Notes: generated by a model from the letters alone, not told the origin. Positions 53,589 to 64,000 are shown, counted from the stretch's first letter. The stretch: 64,000 bases of DNA from Candidatus Neptunichlamydia sp. (GCA_965233865.1 OZ247587.1:992001-1056000), one strand, 5' to 3'. Program-made: numbers and translations.

Positions 53589-53871
53589 GCTCATCTTGGA
53601 GAGCAAAAAGAAAGCTTTTAAACTCGCCAAGCTCAGGAAAGAGATAACATCCGACATACTTTTCATTGAGAGTTTTTAGCTCCTTGTTGACAAAATCAAG
53701 AGCCTCTCTTTTTCTTCCTTCATCAATCTTATCTTGGATTGATTGCAGGGCTACCTTAAATTGCTCTGTGATTGGGTCTGCAATATTTCCCACTGGCTTT
53801 TCGATACAAACGGAATGCTCCTTAGCTTGTAAAAAATTTAATTCAATTAGATCGTTTCCTTCAATTTCCAT
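53578..53871 (-). CDS. Hypothetical 97-aa protein
   Basis: GGAGG SD before MEIEG; promoter TTGCAC-17-TATAAT at 53923-53895. Confidence 0.7.
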   Translation of the reverse strand: MEIEGNDLIELNFLQAKEHSVCIEKPVGNIADPITEQFKVALQSIQDKIDEGRKREALDFVNKELKTLNEKYVGCYLFPELGEFKSFLFALQDELSN

Positions 53872-54108
53872 AACGCCTCCCCTGTTAGACATCGATTATA
53901 CGGAAATTTAGTAGAAAGTGCAATTAAACAACGTATTGCCTACAAGTTGAGGGGTATTAGGGGGGGGGATTTGAAGTACCATCAATTTGTTTTTTAAACA
54001 AATGTTGATAATTTATTTTTTCGTCATATTTTGGTTTTGATAGGACCAATCAATAAGTTTTAAACAATTTTTCATCTAGAACGCATTTCTCAACCAAGAG
54101 TTGAGCCC

Positions 54109-54444
54109 TTAATAATTAGGATAGGGGTCATCTGAATAAATGGCTTCAACTGGTGGAGGGCTGGAAACTTTCATGTGCTTTCCTATTACCTTCCCATCTT
54201 GAATCACAATATAGTAGCGACGCTGTTCGATCACTTGCGTCCCCATTGTAATTTTTTCGATGTATTCGTAGGTCTCTTTTCCTTCTCCTTTTGATACAAT
54301 TTTGTAAGGCTTGCCGTATTGCTTTTCAATATCCTGTATTGTCATTCCCATTTCAACTTCAGCATACTTATCGCGTGTCATGATTTCACCACTTGCTCCG
54401 CACCCCATCAAGAGCAAAAGCCCTAACAAAAAAATATATTTCAT
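54109..54444 (-). CDS. SmpA/BamE-like lipoprotein
   Basis: Lipobox LMGC; GMT..DIEKQYGKP. Confidence 0.7.
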   Translation of the reverse strand: MKYIFLLGLLLLMGCGASGEIMTRDKYAEVEMGMTIQDIEKQYGKPYKIVSKGEGKETYEYIEKITMGTQVIEQRRYYIVIQDGKVIGKHMKVSSPPPVEAIYSDDPYPNY

Positions 54445-54558
54445 AAATTACCTACCTATTTGAGTTAATAACCATTGCAAATATTATTATCAACAGATCT
54501 ATTACAATATTTAATAACCATAAAAATCAAAATTCGACAGAAACATTCGCATATCCGT

Positions 54559-55125
54559 TTACGGCCTTTTTTTGAGCGACCTTATCTTTGATAGGAAACA
54601 GTTAGCGGTATGGTCAAAGGTTAGGCCGGCTGCTTGCAAGTATGAATAGATAATTGTGGGACCAACAAAAGAAAATCCTCGTTTTTTAAGTGCCTTGGAA
54701 ATCTCGATACTCTCAGGTGAGATACTGCGCACTTCCAGGCACTGAAGGGTGCTCCCCCCTACAAAGTTCCAAATATAGCGATCAAATGACCCTTCCTCGC
54801 TTTGAAGGATTAGAAAGCTCTGAGCATTTTTTCGAATAGAGAATACTTTTAACTTATTCCGGACAATCTCTTTGTTTTTCGTTGCAATCAGGAGTTGCTC
54901 ATCTGTCATAATAGCGATTTTTTTTGGGTCGAATTGATGAAAGATAGTGCGGTAAGCTTCTCGTTTTTTTAAGATAATTTCCCATGAAAGGCCCGCTTGT
55001 TGCCCCTCTAAGCAGAGAAGCTCAAAATGCTTTTGGTCATCATAAACGGGGCGCCCCCACTCTGTGTCGTGATAGGCAACAAGGAGGGGGTTTGAGGCCT
55101 TAGCCCAAGTACAGCGTTCCTTCAC
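54559..55125 (-). CDS. tag: DNA-3-methyladenine glycosylase I
   Basis: RCTW, YHDTEWG, QAGLSW, FVGPT, DH...C. Confidence 0.95.
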   Translation of the reverse strand: MKERCTWAKASNPLLVAYHDTEWGRPVYDDQKHFELLCLEGQQAGLSWEIILKKREAYRTIFHQFDPKKIAIMTDEQLLIATKNKEIVRNKLKVFSIRKNAQSFLILQSEEGSFDRYIWNFVGGSTLQCLEVRSISPESIEISKALKKRGFSFVGPTIIYSYLQAAGLTFDHTANCFLSKIRSLKKRP

Positions 55126-55856
55126 TTTTTAATTTCACCCGAGCTGAGCGTTTGGACCTCACCACTTGGAAGAAGGATGTTGAGACGACCATCAGGATTT
55201 AAGGAGTGGAGAGTTCCTGAAATTGTATGACTATTTTGTTTGAGGGTAATGGGCATTCCTTTGTGGGTAAGAAGTGCATCGTAGCTCATATAAAAGGGTT
55301 TAAAGCCATCCCTTTTATAAAGGTGGTAATCCTCAATAAAAAATTTATCGAGGGTTTTGATTAAGTCTTCGCGTTCATGTTCTTTTCCCGTTTCTACCAT
55401 TAAGGAAGTTGCGGGTTGATCGACCCTATCGAGGAGTTTCTGAGGCATATTAATATTAATGCCAGCTCCTAAAGCCACTCCAAATTTATCCTGAAGATCA
55501 ATTGTTTCACAAAGGATTCCAGAGATTTTTTTTTGATTCACAAGAACATCATTGGGCCATTTGATCTGAGGCTTTAGTCCGTTTTTATTGAGAAGTTTAG
55601 AAATAGAGAGGCAAAGGATCTGCGCTAAATTATTGAGATCCATTGGATTTTTATTTGAAGTGAAATAATAGGTGAGATAGATGTTTATTCTCTTTGGAGA
55701 AAGCCAGCCTCTCTTAAAACGGCCTCGTCCCTTTAACTGCTCATCTGCGGTAATCCTTGTAATCTCATCCTGCCCGAACTGCTGATAGTTTTCTTTTGCA
55801 TAAGTGTTTGTTGAATCGATAGTATTAAGATGAATTATAGTGACTTTTTCTACCAT
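55122..55856 (-). CDS. birA: Biotin--protein ligase (no HTH)
   Basis: IDSTN, GRGR, IKWPND, KKISGIL, GININ. Confidence 0.93.
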   Translation of the reverse strand: MVEKVTIIHLNTIDSTNTYAKENYQQFGQDEITRITADEQLKGRGRFKRGWLSPKRINIYLTYYFTSNKNPMDLNNLAQILCLSISKLLNKNGLKPQIKWPNDVLVNQKKISGILCETIDLQDKFGVALGAGININMPQKLLDRVDQPATSLMVETGKEHEREDLIKTLDKFFIEDYHLYKRDGFKPFYMSYDALLTHKGMPITLKQNSHTISGTLHSLNPDGRLNILLPSGEVQTLSSGEIKK

Positions 55857-55885
55857 AATAACTCCAAATATTAGAGAATACGTAT

Positions 55886-57019
55886 ATGTGGAACCATCAA
55901 TATTTAAGACGCATCGACTCAAGAACCATTATGATCATCGCCGTTTTAATGGTGATGAGCATCTTGATTATTGCGTCAACCACCTCTGAGGTTCAAATTT
56001 CTGAAGAAGATTTCTTCTTTACTTCTACAGCCAAAAATCAGATCCAACATTTTGGCGTTGGAATCCTTTGTTATCTATTTTTTGCAGGCCTCGACTACCA
56101 TAAACTCCGTGAGTGGGCCTGGATTCTTTACGTTGGGACCATTTTACTCCTCTTTGGCCTTTTTTTTACAGAATCTATTCAACATGTTCATCGTTGGTAC
56201 CGCATTCCTTTTGTTGGAGGAACTCTGCAACCCTCTGAATATGCGAAACTTTCTCTTGTCCTTACCCTGAGTTGGTTTCTTGAAAAAAAGGGAAGAAACG
56301 TGGGGGATTGGAGAACTTTTTTTCAGGCGTCACTCATTGTTTTTATTCCATTTGTTCTCATTTTAAAGCAGCCTGACCTAGGTTCTGCAATGGTTTTATA
56401 TCCCATGACACTGGGGATGTTTTATTTTGGTGGAATTAAACAGAAAGTCATAAAAATCATGTCGATTATGGGTGTTACGGCCTTAGTTTTGATTTCCTTT
56501 ATATTCACCGGGATTCTTTCTCATGAAGAGCTCCGCCCCGTCGCAACAAAAATTTTAAAAGAATATCAATACGAAAGATTTGACCCTGATACCTACCACC
56601 ATCAAGCAGCTAAAACAGCGATTGCTCTCGGCGGATATACTGGTAGCGGTTTTAAAAAAAGTATGTTTACAGGAAGGCAATTTCTTCCTGCAGCACATAC
56701 AGACTCTGTTTTCCCTGCGTTTGCAGAAGAGTATGGAATTTTTGGAGCTATTTTAATGCTTCTCTTGTTTTTCGGACTGATTTACTATAGTTTTCAAGTA
56801 ACAGCGGTAGCTAGAGACCATTTTGGGCGGGTTCTTTCCTCCGGAATTGCTGTATATTTGGCTGTTCATGTGGTGATTAATATCGGAATGATGTGCGGCT
56901 TTTTGCCTATTACTGGAGTACCTTTAGTATTAGTAACTTATGGAGGGTCTTCAGTCACATTAACAATGAGCGCCCTTGGTATGTTGCAGAGTGTCTACAC
57001 AAGAAGGTTTATGTTTTGA
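55886..57019 (+). CDS. rodA: Rod shape-determining SEDS protein
   Basis: QPSEYAK, QPDLG, HTD, EEYG, PITGVPL, YGGSS. Confidence 0.92.
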   Translation: MWNHQYLRRIDSRTIMIIAVLMVMSILIIASTTSEVQISEEDFFFTSTAKNQIQHFGVGILCYLFFAGLDYHKLREWAWILYVGTILLLFGLFFTESIQHVHRWYRIPFVGGTLQPSEYAKLSLVLTLSWFLEKKGRNVGDWRTFFQASLIVFIPFVLILKQPDLGSAMVLYPMTLGMFYFGGIKQKVIKIMSIMGVTALVLISFIFTGILSHEELRPVATKILKEYQYERFDPDTYHHQAAKTAIALGGYTGSGFKKSMFTGRQFLPAAHTDSVFPAFAEEYGIFGAILMLLLFFGLIYYSFQVTAVARDHFGRVLSSGIAVYLAVHVVINIGMMCGFLPITGVPLVLVTYGGSSVTLTMSALGMLQSVYTRRFMF

Positions 57020-57486
57020 CAAAGCATCCGTTTATTTTTAAATCTGGTTCATGGATTGGAGAAGGGGAAATCACCCTTTCAATGATGGATGAAAAGCTTG
57101 CTTTTTATACGCGATGGAAAGTTCCAGAAGTGGATGAAAAAGGGCGCATTGATTCCCTTCAGGAAATCCAAATTTCCGAGCTCTCAGATGTGATGCAGAA
57201 CCAATTCGCCTTTTACGGTATCACCCGGAGAGGATTTCATATTGAACTTGAAAACCAATCTCTTGGCAAGGTTGTTGGCAAGGGGATGATCAATGACAAC
57301 TTAATCGGTTGGGAGTTTCGCCTTGACCACCTTGGCTTCGAAGGGTTCGAATTTTATGAAAAAGGAGAAACCCCCGACACGTATCTTATGCACGCCGAAT
57401 ATTCCACCAACGACGATTTCCGCACGGTCATTCACGGAAAAATTTGGCGCCCACTCGAAGATCAAAACGAGTTAGAAAAAAAATAA
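57016..57486 (+). CDS. Hypothetical beta-barrel-like protein
   Basis: TTG start overlapping the rodA stop; ~156 aa. Confidence 0.65.
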   Translation: MTKHPFIFKSGSWIGEGEITLSMMDEKLAFYTRWKVPEVDEKGRIDSLQEIQISELSDVMQNQFAFYGITRRGFHIELENQSLGKVVGKGMINDNLIGWEFRLDHLGFEGFEFYEKGETPDTYLMHAEYSTNDDFRTVIHGKIWRPLEDQNELEKK

Positions 57487-57489
57487 TTA

Positions 57490-57665
57490 ACTTTTTCATC
57501 GAGAGTTTAACGGTTTAGAAATCCTGTATGCATTTGGACCATGAGATGGTATTGTTAGTTTGCTCTGAGATAAGGATTAAGTCTAGCCAAGGCTTTCAAC
57601 CATTTGAAACAGCAGAGGCAATGATTGAAGGCTATTAGGCTACTCACATGACAAGGAAAAGGGAG
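57490..57665 (+). mobile_element. IS6-family remnant with large internal deletion
   Basis: N-terminal-like MRWYC and C-terminal-like GFQPFETAEAMIEGY*ATHMTRK segments. Confidence 0.5.
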
Positions 57666-57678
57666 CCCGACTAAAACT

Positions 57679-57721
57679 TGGTCAGAGCTGGAATCGAACC
57701 GGCGACACAAGGATTTTCAGT
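57679..57721 (-). repeat. att-like duplication of the tRNA-Phe 3' half
   Basis: 43 bp matching 61414-61456 with 2 mismatches. Confidence 0.9.
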
Positions 57722-57908
57722 TTTGAAAAAGCCTTTCCACCAACTGACAAGGATGACCTTAGATCAACCTACTCCACCCATCTTACTAGAAGAAACCAAT
57801 TCTTTTCAAGCAAAGATTTTCAATTAAAAGCAATCGATTTCGAACCCAGGAAATTGGCTACTCCGGATATATCCCGGATAGGCAACCCAACTGCGACTCA
57901 CGCCACAT

Positions 57909-59060
57909 TCATGGATTAAAGTTCAAAAGCTGCATAAGATTAAAATGGGTATAACAGCTTTGGCTGACCGGGGTGCGATCTAATCCCATATTTGAGACCC
58001 AAACGTCCAGCGATGAAGGGTGAAAAATCGCATTATGAAGATTCGTATCATTGGTTACTGGAGGCAATATGATTCTTTGGCATGCAATATGATCAATGAA
58101 TCCGTATTCTTTTTGCATTCTTTCGGTCAATGTAGAGTAACGACGTAAAGAGTCAAACCCTCCCAATAAAATACAGTTTTTGGGTTGATCGTTGAAAATA
58201 GCAGCTTTTCTCTTCGAATATTGAGGCATGTTATTAGGGGTTAATAAAGAGTCACTCTCTCCTGGCCCAATACAACAAAGGTGGTTGTGCGTGGCATAAA
58301 CCCCAATAGATTCCTCTATTTTACCATCAGAAATGACATAGTAGTATTCAGAAACACGTGAAGTATTTTCAAGAATTTTCTGTGCTTCATTAAGGCTTAA
58401 AGCGTTTTCTAAAACCTCTTTTAACAGAAATGCCATAGGCACTCCTTCCCACGGGCCATATTGATCACCTGAAATCTCTCCAATTGCAATCTTTTCTTCA
58501 TTCATTCCCGTAATCACACCAATAAAACCAGCATAGCTAACCGAAAGATAAGATTTTTTCCCGTTGGGTTTGACAACGATTAGAACGGCATTTTTTTGTA
58601 GATTTTTCCCGATACTATAATCGAGAACCCTGACATGATAAAGGAAGTGATCATGAGTTGCTTCCCCTTGAAGGGTGATCCCAATACAATGAAACATTTC
58701 CGGAAAAAGATTCATCATGAGCACTTTTTTAAAGGAAACATCTGCCCCTACAGAAATCCCCTGCATTTCTTCAATGAGATGCGAGGGGATGTAGCTCAAA
58801 ATTTGCGGCAATTGAGCTTGAAATCGTTGCACCACTTCATCTTTATAAAAGTTTTCGCTCCCAATAAAACCCTTAAGATTATCATGTATTTTTTCTCTTA
58901 GTAAGACCCCATGTTAGTATCCTCTATCATAGGGACTTCCTTCTAAATAAAGAGTCGTAACACACCCCTCTTCCATAACCCATCCAAGCCCCGAAAACTG
59001 GACAGAAGAAAAGAGTGGCAAAGAGCAAATTAAAGTGATGACTAAGGTGAAATATATCAA
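57909..59060 (-). pseudogene. Secreted C45-family (Ntn-hydrolase) peptidase/acyltransferase with one internal stop
   Basis: Signal peptide, EGSPYDRGY*HG (TAA 58914-58916), FHC nucleophile, HVRVLDY, TGMNE. Confidence 0.8.
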
Positions 59061-59428
59061 CGTTTCTCACGTCTTATTCGAATAAAATCTCCTCCTCCGC
59101 ATACATGGCACTCCCTAAGCTGGTAGTCATATGTGGCCCCACACCCTATACATTGATACCGATAGTTAGGATCTGTACTCAGAGTTACGAAAGTGCCCTC
59201 CTCCTTTTGCCATAGTTTGCCAACAGGCAACAAATGGTTTTCTCCAAGCTCTACCATTAGTTGATTTTTAAACAACTTCAGCTGATTATTATCTATAAGT
59301 ATTCTTTCGTTTGTATCGTTTAATTCTAGAAAATCTTGCTCAATATTTTCATAATATTGATTACAAAATGCATGATTGATGCCAAAAACACCAGCGATCA
59401 TAAGTAAAGCATGAAAAATTATCTTCAT
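59057..59428 (-). CDS. Small exported protein with C-terminal CxxC-x10-CxxC
   Basis: Signal peptide; CIGC...CHVC. Confidence 0.7.
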   Translation of the reverse strand: MKIIFHALLMIAGVFGINHAFCNQYYENIEQDFLELNDTNERILIDNNQLKLFKNQLMVELGENHLLPVGKLWQKEEGTFVTLSTDPNYRYQCIGCGATYDYQLRECHVCGGGDFIRIRREKR

Positions 59429-59530
59429 TTGTCAACTCCAAATTAACATTTATTTCAAAAAATTGGCCTTGCTTGATTTCTCATTCATTGGTACCCTGGA
59501 AGCATGCTCATGGTTATTTAAGGCACAATA

Positions 59531-60391
59531 ATGGTATTTCGCAAGAGGCTCATAAACTTTTTGACGGTCTCCATTGTTTTTTTTATTTTTTCAACAAGTA
59601 TTTTCTTTTACTACAACCACAAACGCTATGCAGAGAATCCAGATCGCAAGCTGGTCCAATCTTTGAAACATTTTATGATTCGTAGAGGGGGGCTATATAC
59701 CCTTTTTGGGTCAAAGCCTATGACCTTATTAGAACCAACAGGCATAGGCATCACAGAAAAACAAAAAGAAGATCGATATCGTAAGCTTTCTCTATTTAAG
59801 AAAATAAAATATTCCAGGGAGGAGATTGACTTCTGTTTCAGTTCATCGAAGCAATGGGAGTATTGGGCACATTATTGGGAAAAAGAAAACTCTTCAAAAT
59901 ACATTTTTTGCAGACGATGGAATCTTGAATTTTTTGTTAACGTTGCTGAAACAACTTGGATTTTACACAAATACTACGACCAATTTTATCAGGCTGTAAA
60001 ACAAAATTTTGATCCTTTAGAGACAGCAAAGGACATCTCCAACCCTGACTCAACTTTTTGGAATATGCTGGGACAGCCGAATAAAAATCACCATTTATGG
60101 GGCTTGCTATTTGGGTATGGAGAAAAATTGGCTTATCTTTACGAGCTGGGATATAAGGGCTATTTTTATGATGACGATAAGATGTTCGTGGATTTCACAA
60201 GTGTGAACCTTACGATGGATTCCCTCCCCATTCCTTCTTTCAAGATTTTTTCCCCCACTGATGAAATGATCGATTATTACCAAAAGGAGAGAACAAAAAT
60301 CATCTCCATCCTTAATGGAAAAGATTTCTTTGAAGAGGTGCTTTTCTATCTGAAATATGACGATCCTGTTATTTCTCCCCATCCTCTTTAA
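59531..60391 (+). CDS. Hypothetical membrane-anchored protein
   Basis: N-terminal TM; YTLFGSKPM, WGLLFGYG, LPIPSF. Confidence 0.75.
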   Translation: MVFRKRLINFLTVSIVFFIFSTSIFFYYNHKRYAENPDRKLVQSLKHFMIRRGGLYTLFGSKPMTLLEPTGIGITEKQKEDRYRKLSLFKKIKYSREEIDFCFSSSKQWEYWAHYWEKENSSKYIFCRRWNLEFFVNVAETTWILHKYYDQFYQAVKQNFDPLETAKDISNPDSTFWNMLGQPNKNHHLWGLLFGYGEKLAYLYELGYKGYFYDDDKMFVDFTSVNLTMDSLPIPSFKIFSPTDEMIDYYQKERTKIISILNGKDFFEEVLFYLKYDDPVISPHPL

Positions 60392-60428
60392 GCAAGAGTC
60401 CCCTAGGATTGCATTTTGAGGATTAGCA

Positions 60429-60763
60429 TCAAAGCTTATCGTTCCTGACAAGAAATCTCTTCTTAAATGTAATAGGAACATCAGATCCCGTAAACAGAAG
60501 ATCTTCTCCTTCTTCTTGGAAAGTCGCATGGATATGCAGGTGGGGCTCCGTTGTATTTCCCGAATTCCTCACCTTAGCAATCGGCTGTCCCTGCTGGGTG
60601 GTTTCCCCTTTCTTAACAACCAATGTATCTTTCATCAGGTGAGCCAGAATCACTATCACCTCAGAGCCGTTTTTCTTGATGGCCAAGTAATTTCCCGCTG
60701 GATGAGAAGGATCCATTTCTCTAGGAGATAAATCTTCGTGTTCATCGACTGCATCTACAACGA
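60429..60763 (-). pseudogene. M23-family peptidase C-terminal fragment, truncated by IS3
   Basis: AGNY..LAHL..NSGNTTEPHLH. Confidence 0.8.
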
Positions 60764-61363
60764 TGATCTTCCCCCGAAAAACAGGACAGTTATGATATAG
60801 ACTTCTCGAACTTAAAGAGGAGTAAAAGTAAATGAAAAAATTCAATGATGAATTTAAAGGGAATGCGGTCAAGTTAGTGAGAGAAGAGGGGCTGAAGATA
60901 GAAGGGGTAGCAAGTGATCTGAGTATAGGTGTTTCTACGCTAAAAGTATGGCTCAGTAAGCATGACCATGGTCGATTGATTAAGACTGAAAAGCAGGCAG
61001 TCTCAGGAAGAGGAGCTGTAGAAGGGATAATATTTCATAGCGATCAAGGATCACAATACGGCTCTGAAGCAATAGATAAAAGTCTAAAGAAAAACAACAT
61101 GATTAGAAGCATGAGTGGAAAAGGAAGTTGCTATGACAATGCCCCAATGGAAAGTTTTTTCAATTCTCTTAAGAGAGAATGCGTAGGAGCTGAAGTCTTT
61201 AAAGATGCAGAAGCTGCTGAAAAGGACATATTTAATTATATAGAATACTACTATAACAATAAGAGAAGGCATTCAACATTGGGATATTTGAGCCCGGTGA
61301 AATTTGAAGAAAAACATGAGAATAGTCTATGTTAAAAATGTCTACAGAAACGGGGGAAGATCA
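60764..61363 (+). mobile_element. Internally deleted 600-bp IS3-family element with fused ORF 60832-61335
   Basis: IRL TGATCTTCCCCCGAAAAACAGGACA; IRR reverse complement TGATCTTCCCCCGTTTCTGTAGACA; HTH plus FHSDQGSQY, DNAPMESFF. Confidence 0.93.
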
Positions 61364-61413
61364 GAAATCTAGTATTCCGGATATAGTCCGGATTTTCCTC
61401 GTCAAGAAAGGTG

Positions 61414-61486
<73 letters not shown>

Positions 61487-61542
61487 GTTTGCTCTCAATT
61501 AAAGGACAAACTAGAACGTTTCATGGTAGAGGTTTGAAAAAT

Positions 61543-63519
61543 TTAGCGCAAGGGCTTTTCTCTGCTGATTGAGATCATATCTTTGACGATTTCAACTGCT
61601 TCGTTCATCTGAAGATCGTTTGATCCAAAGTTTTCATCTTGGGCATCGCAACGAGATTGCCCTCTAGATTTTTTGTGACGATACCCATTGCCAACCTTAA
61701 GGAAAAACTGAAAATTTTGGTTTTGATCAATTCTCTTTTGGCTATTAGAGGTTAAGCGCGGAAGCATCTGTCTCCAGTCTGATTCACGAGGCTGAAGATA
61801 AGGAACAGTAAATCGGGCTACATCGCGGTATGACCCTTGTTTGATATTCATGAGAGAGTGAAATACATCCCCACTCAGGTGATCATTTGAGAGAGGAAAT
61901 TCAAGATAGCGCTCACCGATATTGTAAGGAAAGAAAATGGTTGGCACAACAATATCTGATTGAACCCCTTGAATCTGAGGTGATCGACCAGAGGCGGTGT
62001 AATAGCGACCGACCGTCACTTTAAAGAAAGACCTGGCTTTCTCGTCTGTAATCGTTTGATATTGCATCGATCCTTTTCCATAAGAGCGCTCATCTCCAAC
62101 GATAAGGGCAACACCATAATCTTGTAGTGCTTGGGCAACAATTTCAGCAGCTGATGCAGAGGCCTTAGAAGTCAAGATGATAAGAGGTCCATCGAAATAG
62201 CGCCGCCCGTCGATGTTTCGCTGGTAACTCACTTCACCATCGGCATACTTTGAAATAACAATGAGCCCACCCTGAATGAAAAATGAAGAAACTTTAACCG
62301 CTTGACTTAAGAACCCTCCTGAATTCTCACGAAAATCCATGACAATCCCTTGGAGATCTCCTTCCTGCTTAAGCGCGCGGAGCGCCTCGCGAAGATCTCG
62401 ATCCAAGCTAATAGCTCCCCCATTATCGTAAAATGCCGGAACGTTAATTTTCCCAATGATCCCATCACCATTGGGAACAAATTCTAGGGAGAGACGCTCA
62501 TCATCCATCGTAATCTTCTCTCGGATTAGGTCAACATGAACAATTGTCTCATTCCTTTTGATCCCCAAGGTTACTTTAGACCCTGATTTTCCTTTCATCA
62601 CCTCAAGGAGCTCTTCAAAAACAAGCTCTTCAACCCCTTGGTGGTTAACTGCAACAAGAATATCTCCAACGTGGATGTTCCTACTCTTTTTAGCAGGCCC
62701 TCCTTTAACGACATCGGAAATATAGACACCATCAAAGTCTTCACGGAGAACAACTCCCACTCCTGAAAATTCTTTCTTTAAGGCTGCCCGGATTTCATAT
62801 GCTTCTCGAGGACTGTAGTAACCCGTATGAGCATCAAGGCTTTTTGCCATAGCCTTAAGCATGTGCAATGCTAAGGTATGTTCAGTCGGGTTTAAATACT
62901 GAGACTCAAAGGAAATTGATTTCTTTGAGCGGTGATTCAGAATTTTTTGGATGAGCTGAGGATTTAGTAAAACATCATTTCTTCCCTTCATATAAGCTTT
63001 TAGCTCAAGAATCAGTCGATTGCGAACCCTTTCTCTGAGTTCTTGCTCAGCGCTTGAATAGCTTGGATAAGAAGTTGTTATAGAGGGGGTAAGATCCTCT
63101 ATCCCTCCATCAATCAGGCGCTCAATCTCCTCGTGTCGAATCTTTTGGTTCCTATGGATGGATTTTTCAATAAGAAAGTTTAGGTTCCAGTATTCAGGAT
63201 ATTGATCTCGGTGAAAGTCACTGATTACCTTTTGGATTTGCCTGGGTGTAAAAGAAAGAAAGGGTTCAACTTCTTTCTTTAATAGGTAGAGACAATCCGG
63301 GTCAAACTGTTCAATATAGATTTTAAGGGAGCGTTTGACAACTAGAGGAGAAAACTCTTTATTTTCAACATGGTAAGTAAACATTTTATCCATGCTTGGT
63401 CGCACGTCTTGAAGTGAGAGCGTGTAAGGGTCGCTTGCAAATGCTGTTGAAACAAAAATAAAGAGAAAAATAAATCTCGAAAAAAACGCCCTTCCCATAA
63501 TCTCCATTTTTTCTTTCAC
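61543..63519 (-). CDS. tsp: Tail-specific protease (S41, PDZ)
   Basis: LDAHT, GVGV PDZ, DFRENSGG, SASAAEIVA, GKGS, IQGV. Confidence 0.93.
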   Translation of the reverse strand: MKEKMEIMGRAFFSRFIFLFIFVSTAFASDPYTLSLQDVRPSMDKMFTYHVENKEFSPLVVKRSLKIYIEQFDPDCLYLLKKEVEPFLSFTPRQIQKVISDFHRDQYPEYWNLNFLIEKSIHRNQKIRHEEIERLIDGGIEDLTPSITTSYPSYSSAEQELRERVRNRLILELKAYMKGRNDVLLNPQLIQKILNHRSKKSISFESQYLNPTEHTLALHMLKAMAKSLDAHTGYYSPREAYEIRAALKKEFSGVGVVLREDFDGVYISDVVKGGPAKKSRNIHVGDILVAVNHQGVEELVFEELLEVMKGKSGSKVTLGIKRNETIVHVDLIREKITMDDERLSLEFVPNGDGIIGKINVPAFYDNGGAISLDRDLREALRALKQEGDLQGIVMDFRENSGGFLSQAVKVSSFFIQGGLIVISKYADGEVSYQRNIDGRRYFDGPLIILTSKASASAAEIVAQALQDYGVALIVGDERSYGKGSMQYQTITDEKARSFFKVTVGRYYTASGRSPQIQGVQSDIVVPTIFFPYNIGERYLEFPLSNDHLSGDVFHSLMNIKQGSYRDVARFTVPYLQPRESDWRQMLPRLTSNSQKRIDQNQNFQFFLKVGNGYRHKKSRGQSRCDAQDENFGSNDLQMNEAVEIVKDMISISREKPLR

Positions 63520-63729
63520 TATACAAATTGAAAAATTAAATGGTTCGTTTTAGAGTAAAATAATTTTATGCAAATGAAATTTAATTATTTAACAACCAAG
63601 TCGTTTTTTGATAGCAAGCGAGCAGGCTGTTGCAAATAATTAGCGCAGTAGGATATATTATTCGTTTACCTCGGTAATACTTAGTCCCGTATGGGATCGA
63701 CAACAATATAAATAGGAGTAAAGGCCTCA

Positions 63730-64000
63730 ATGCCAACGATTAACCAGCTCGTGCGTAAACCACGATCACCTAAAAAGAAGAAAAAGAAGTCTCCTGCGCT
63801 CCAAAAATGTCCTCAAAGAAGGGGTGTTTGTCTTCAAGTGAAGACTAAGACTCCTAAAAAACCAAACTCGGCACTTCGTAAAGTTGCTTGGGTTCGCCTA
63901 TCTAACGGGCAGGAAGTAATCGCGTATATCGGCGGTGAAGGACATAACCTGCAGGAACATAGCATCGTCCTCGTAAGAGGTGGAAGAGTGAAAGACCTCC
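63730..64000 (+). CDS. rpsL: 30S ribosomal protein S12 (3'-truncated)
   Basis: [39 protein letters not shown]. Confidence 0.98.
   Translation, partial: MPTINQLVRKPRSPKKKKKKSPALQKCPQRRGVCLQVKTKTPKKPNSALRKVAWVRLSNGQEVIAYIGGEGHNLQEHSIVLVRGGRVKDL

Overview
Chromosomal window from a member of the phylum Chlamydiae. The 16S carries both Chlamydiales signature primer sites, and the gene order kdsD-E2-gltT-lpxK-spoU-MTase, nrdR/dksA/lspA, Zn-ABC/rplU/rpmA/obgE and rluB/gpmA/nifS/nifU/birA/rodA is chlamydial. A Simkaniaceae-like lineage is inferred from the 23S L1931 group I intron and a MOMP-like porin. The window runs from a 5'-truncated clpX to a 3'-truncated rpsL. It contains one rRNA operon (minus strand, no ITS tRNA) whose 23S is split by a 697-nt group I intron encoding a LAGLIDADG endonuclease, plus tRNA-Ser and tRNA-Phe, a two-partner secretion pair, and many decayed or nested IS elements (IS630, IS3, IS5, IS481, IS6). 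The most notable observations are: (i) a NifS-like/NifU-like pair in which both partners lack catalytic residues; (ii) an intron with a mismatched P7 and an endonuclease RBS buried in the ribozyme core; (iii) a plasmid-type ParA/RHH remnant with a 10-bp phased centromere-like array inside a split IS630; (iv) unannotated structured-RNA candidates around spoU; (v) an integrase-less 3.7-kb island at tRNA-Phe. No CRISPR array was seen. All calls are from motif recognition by eye; no searches were run.
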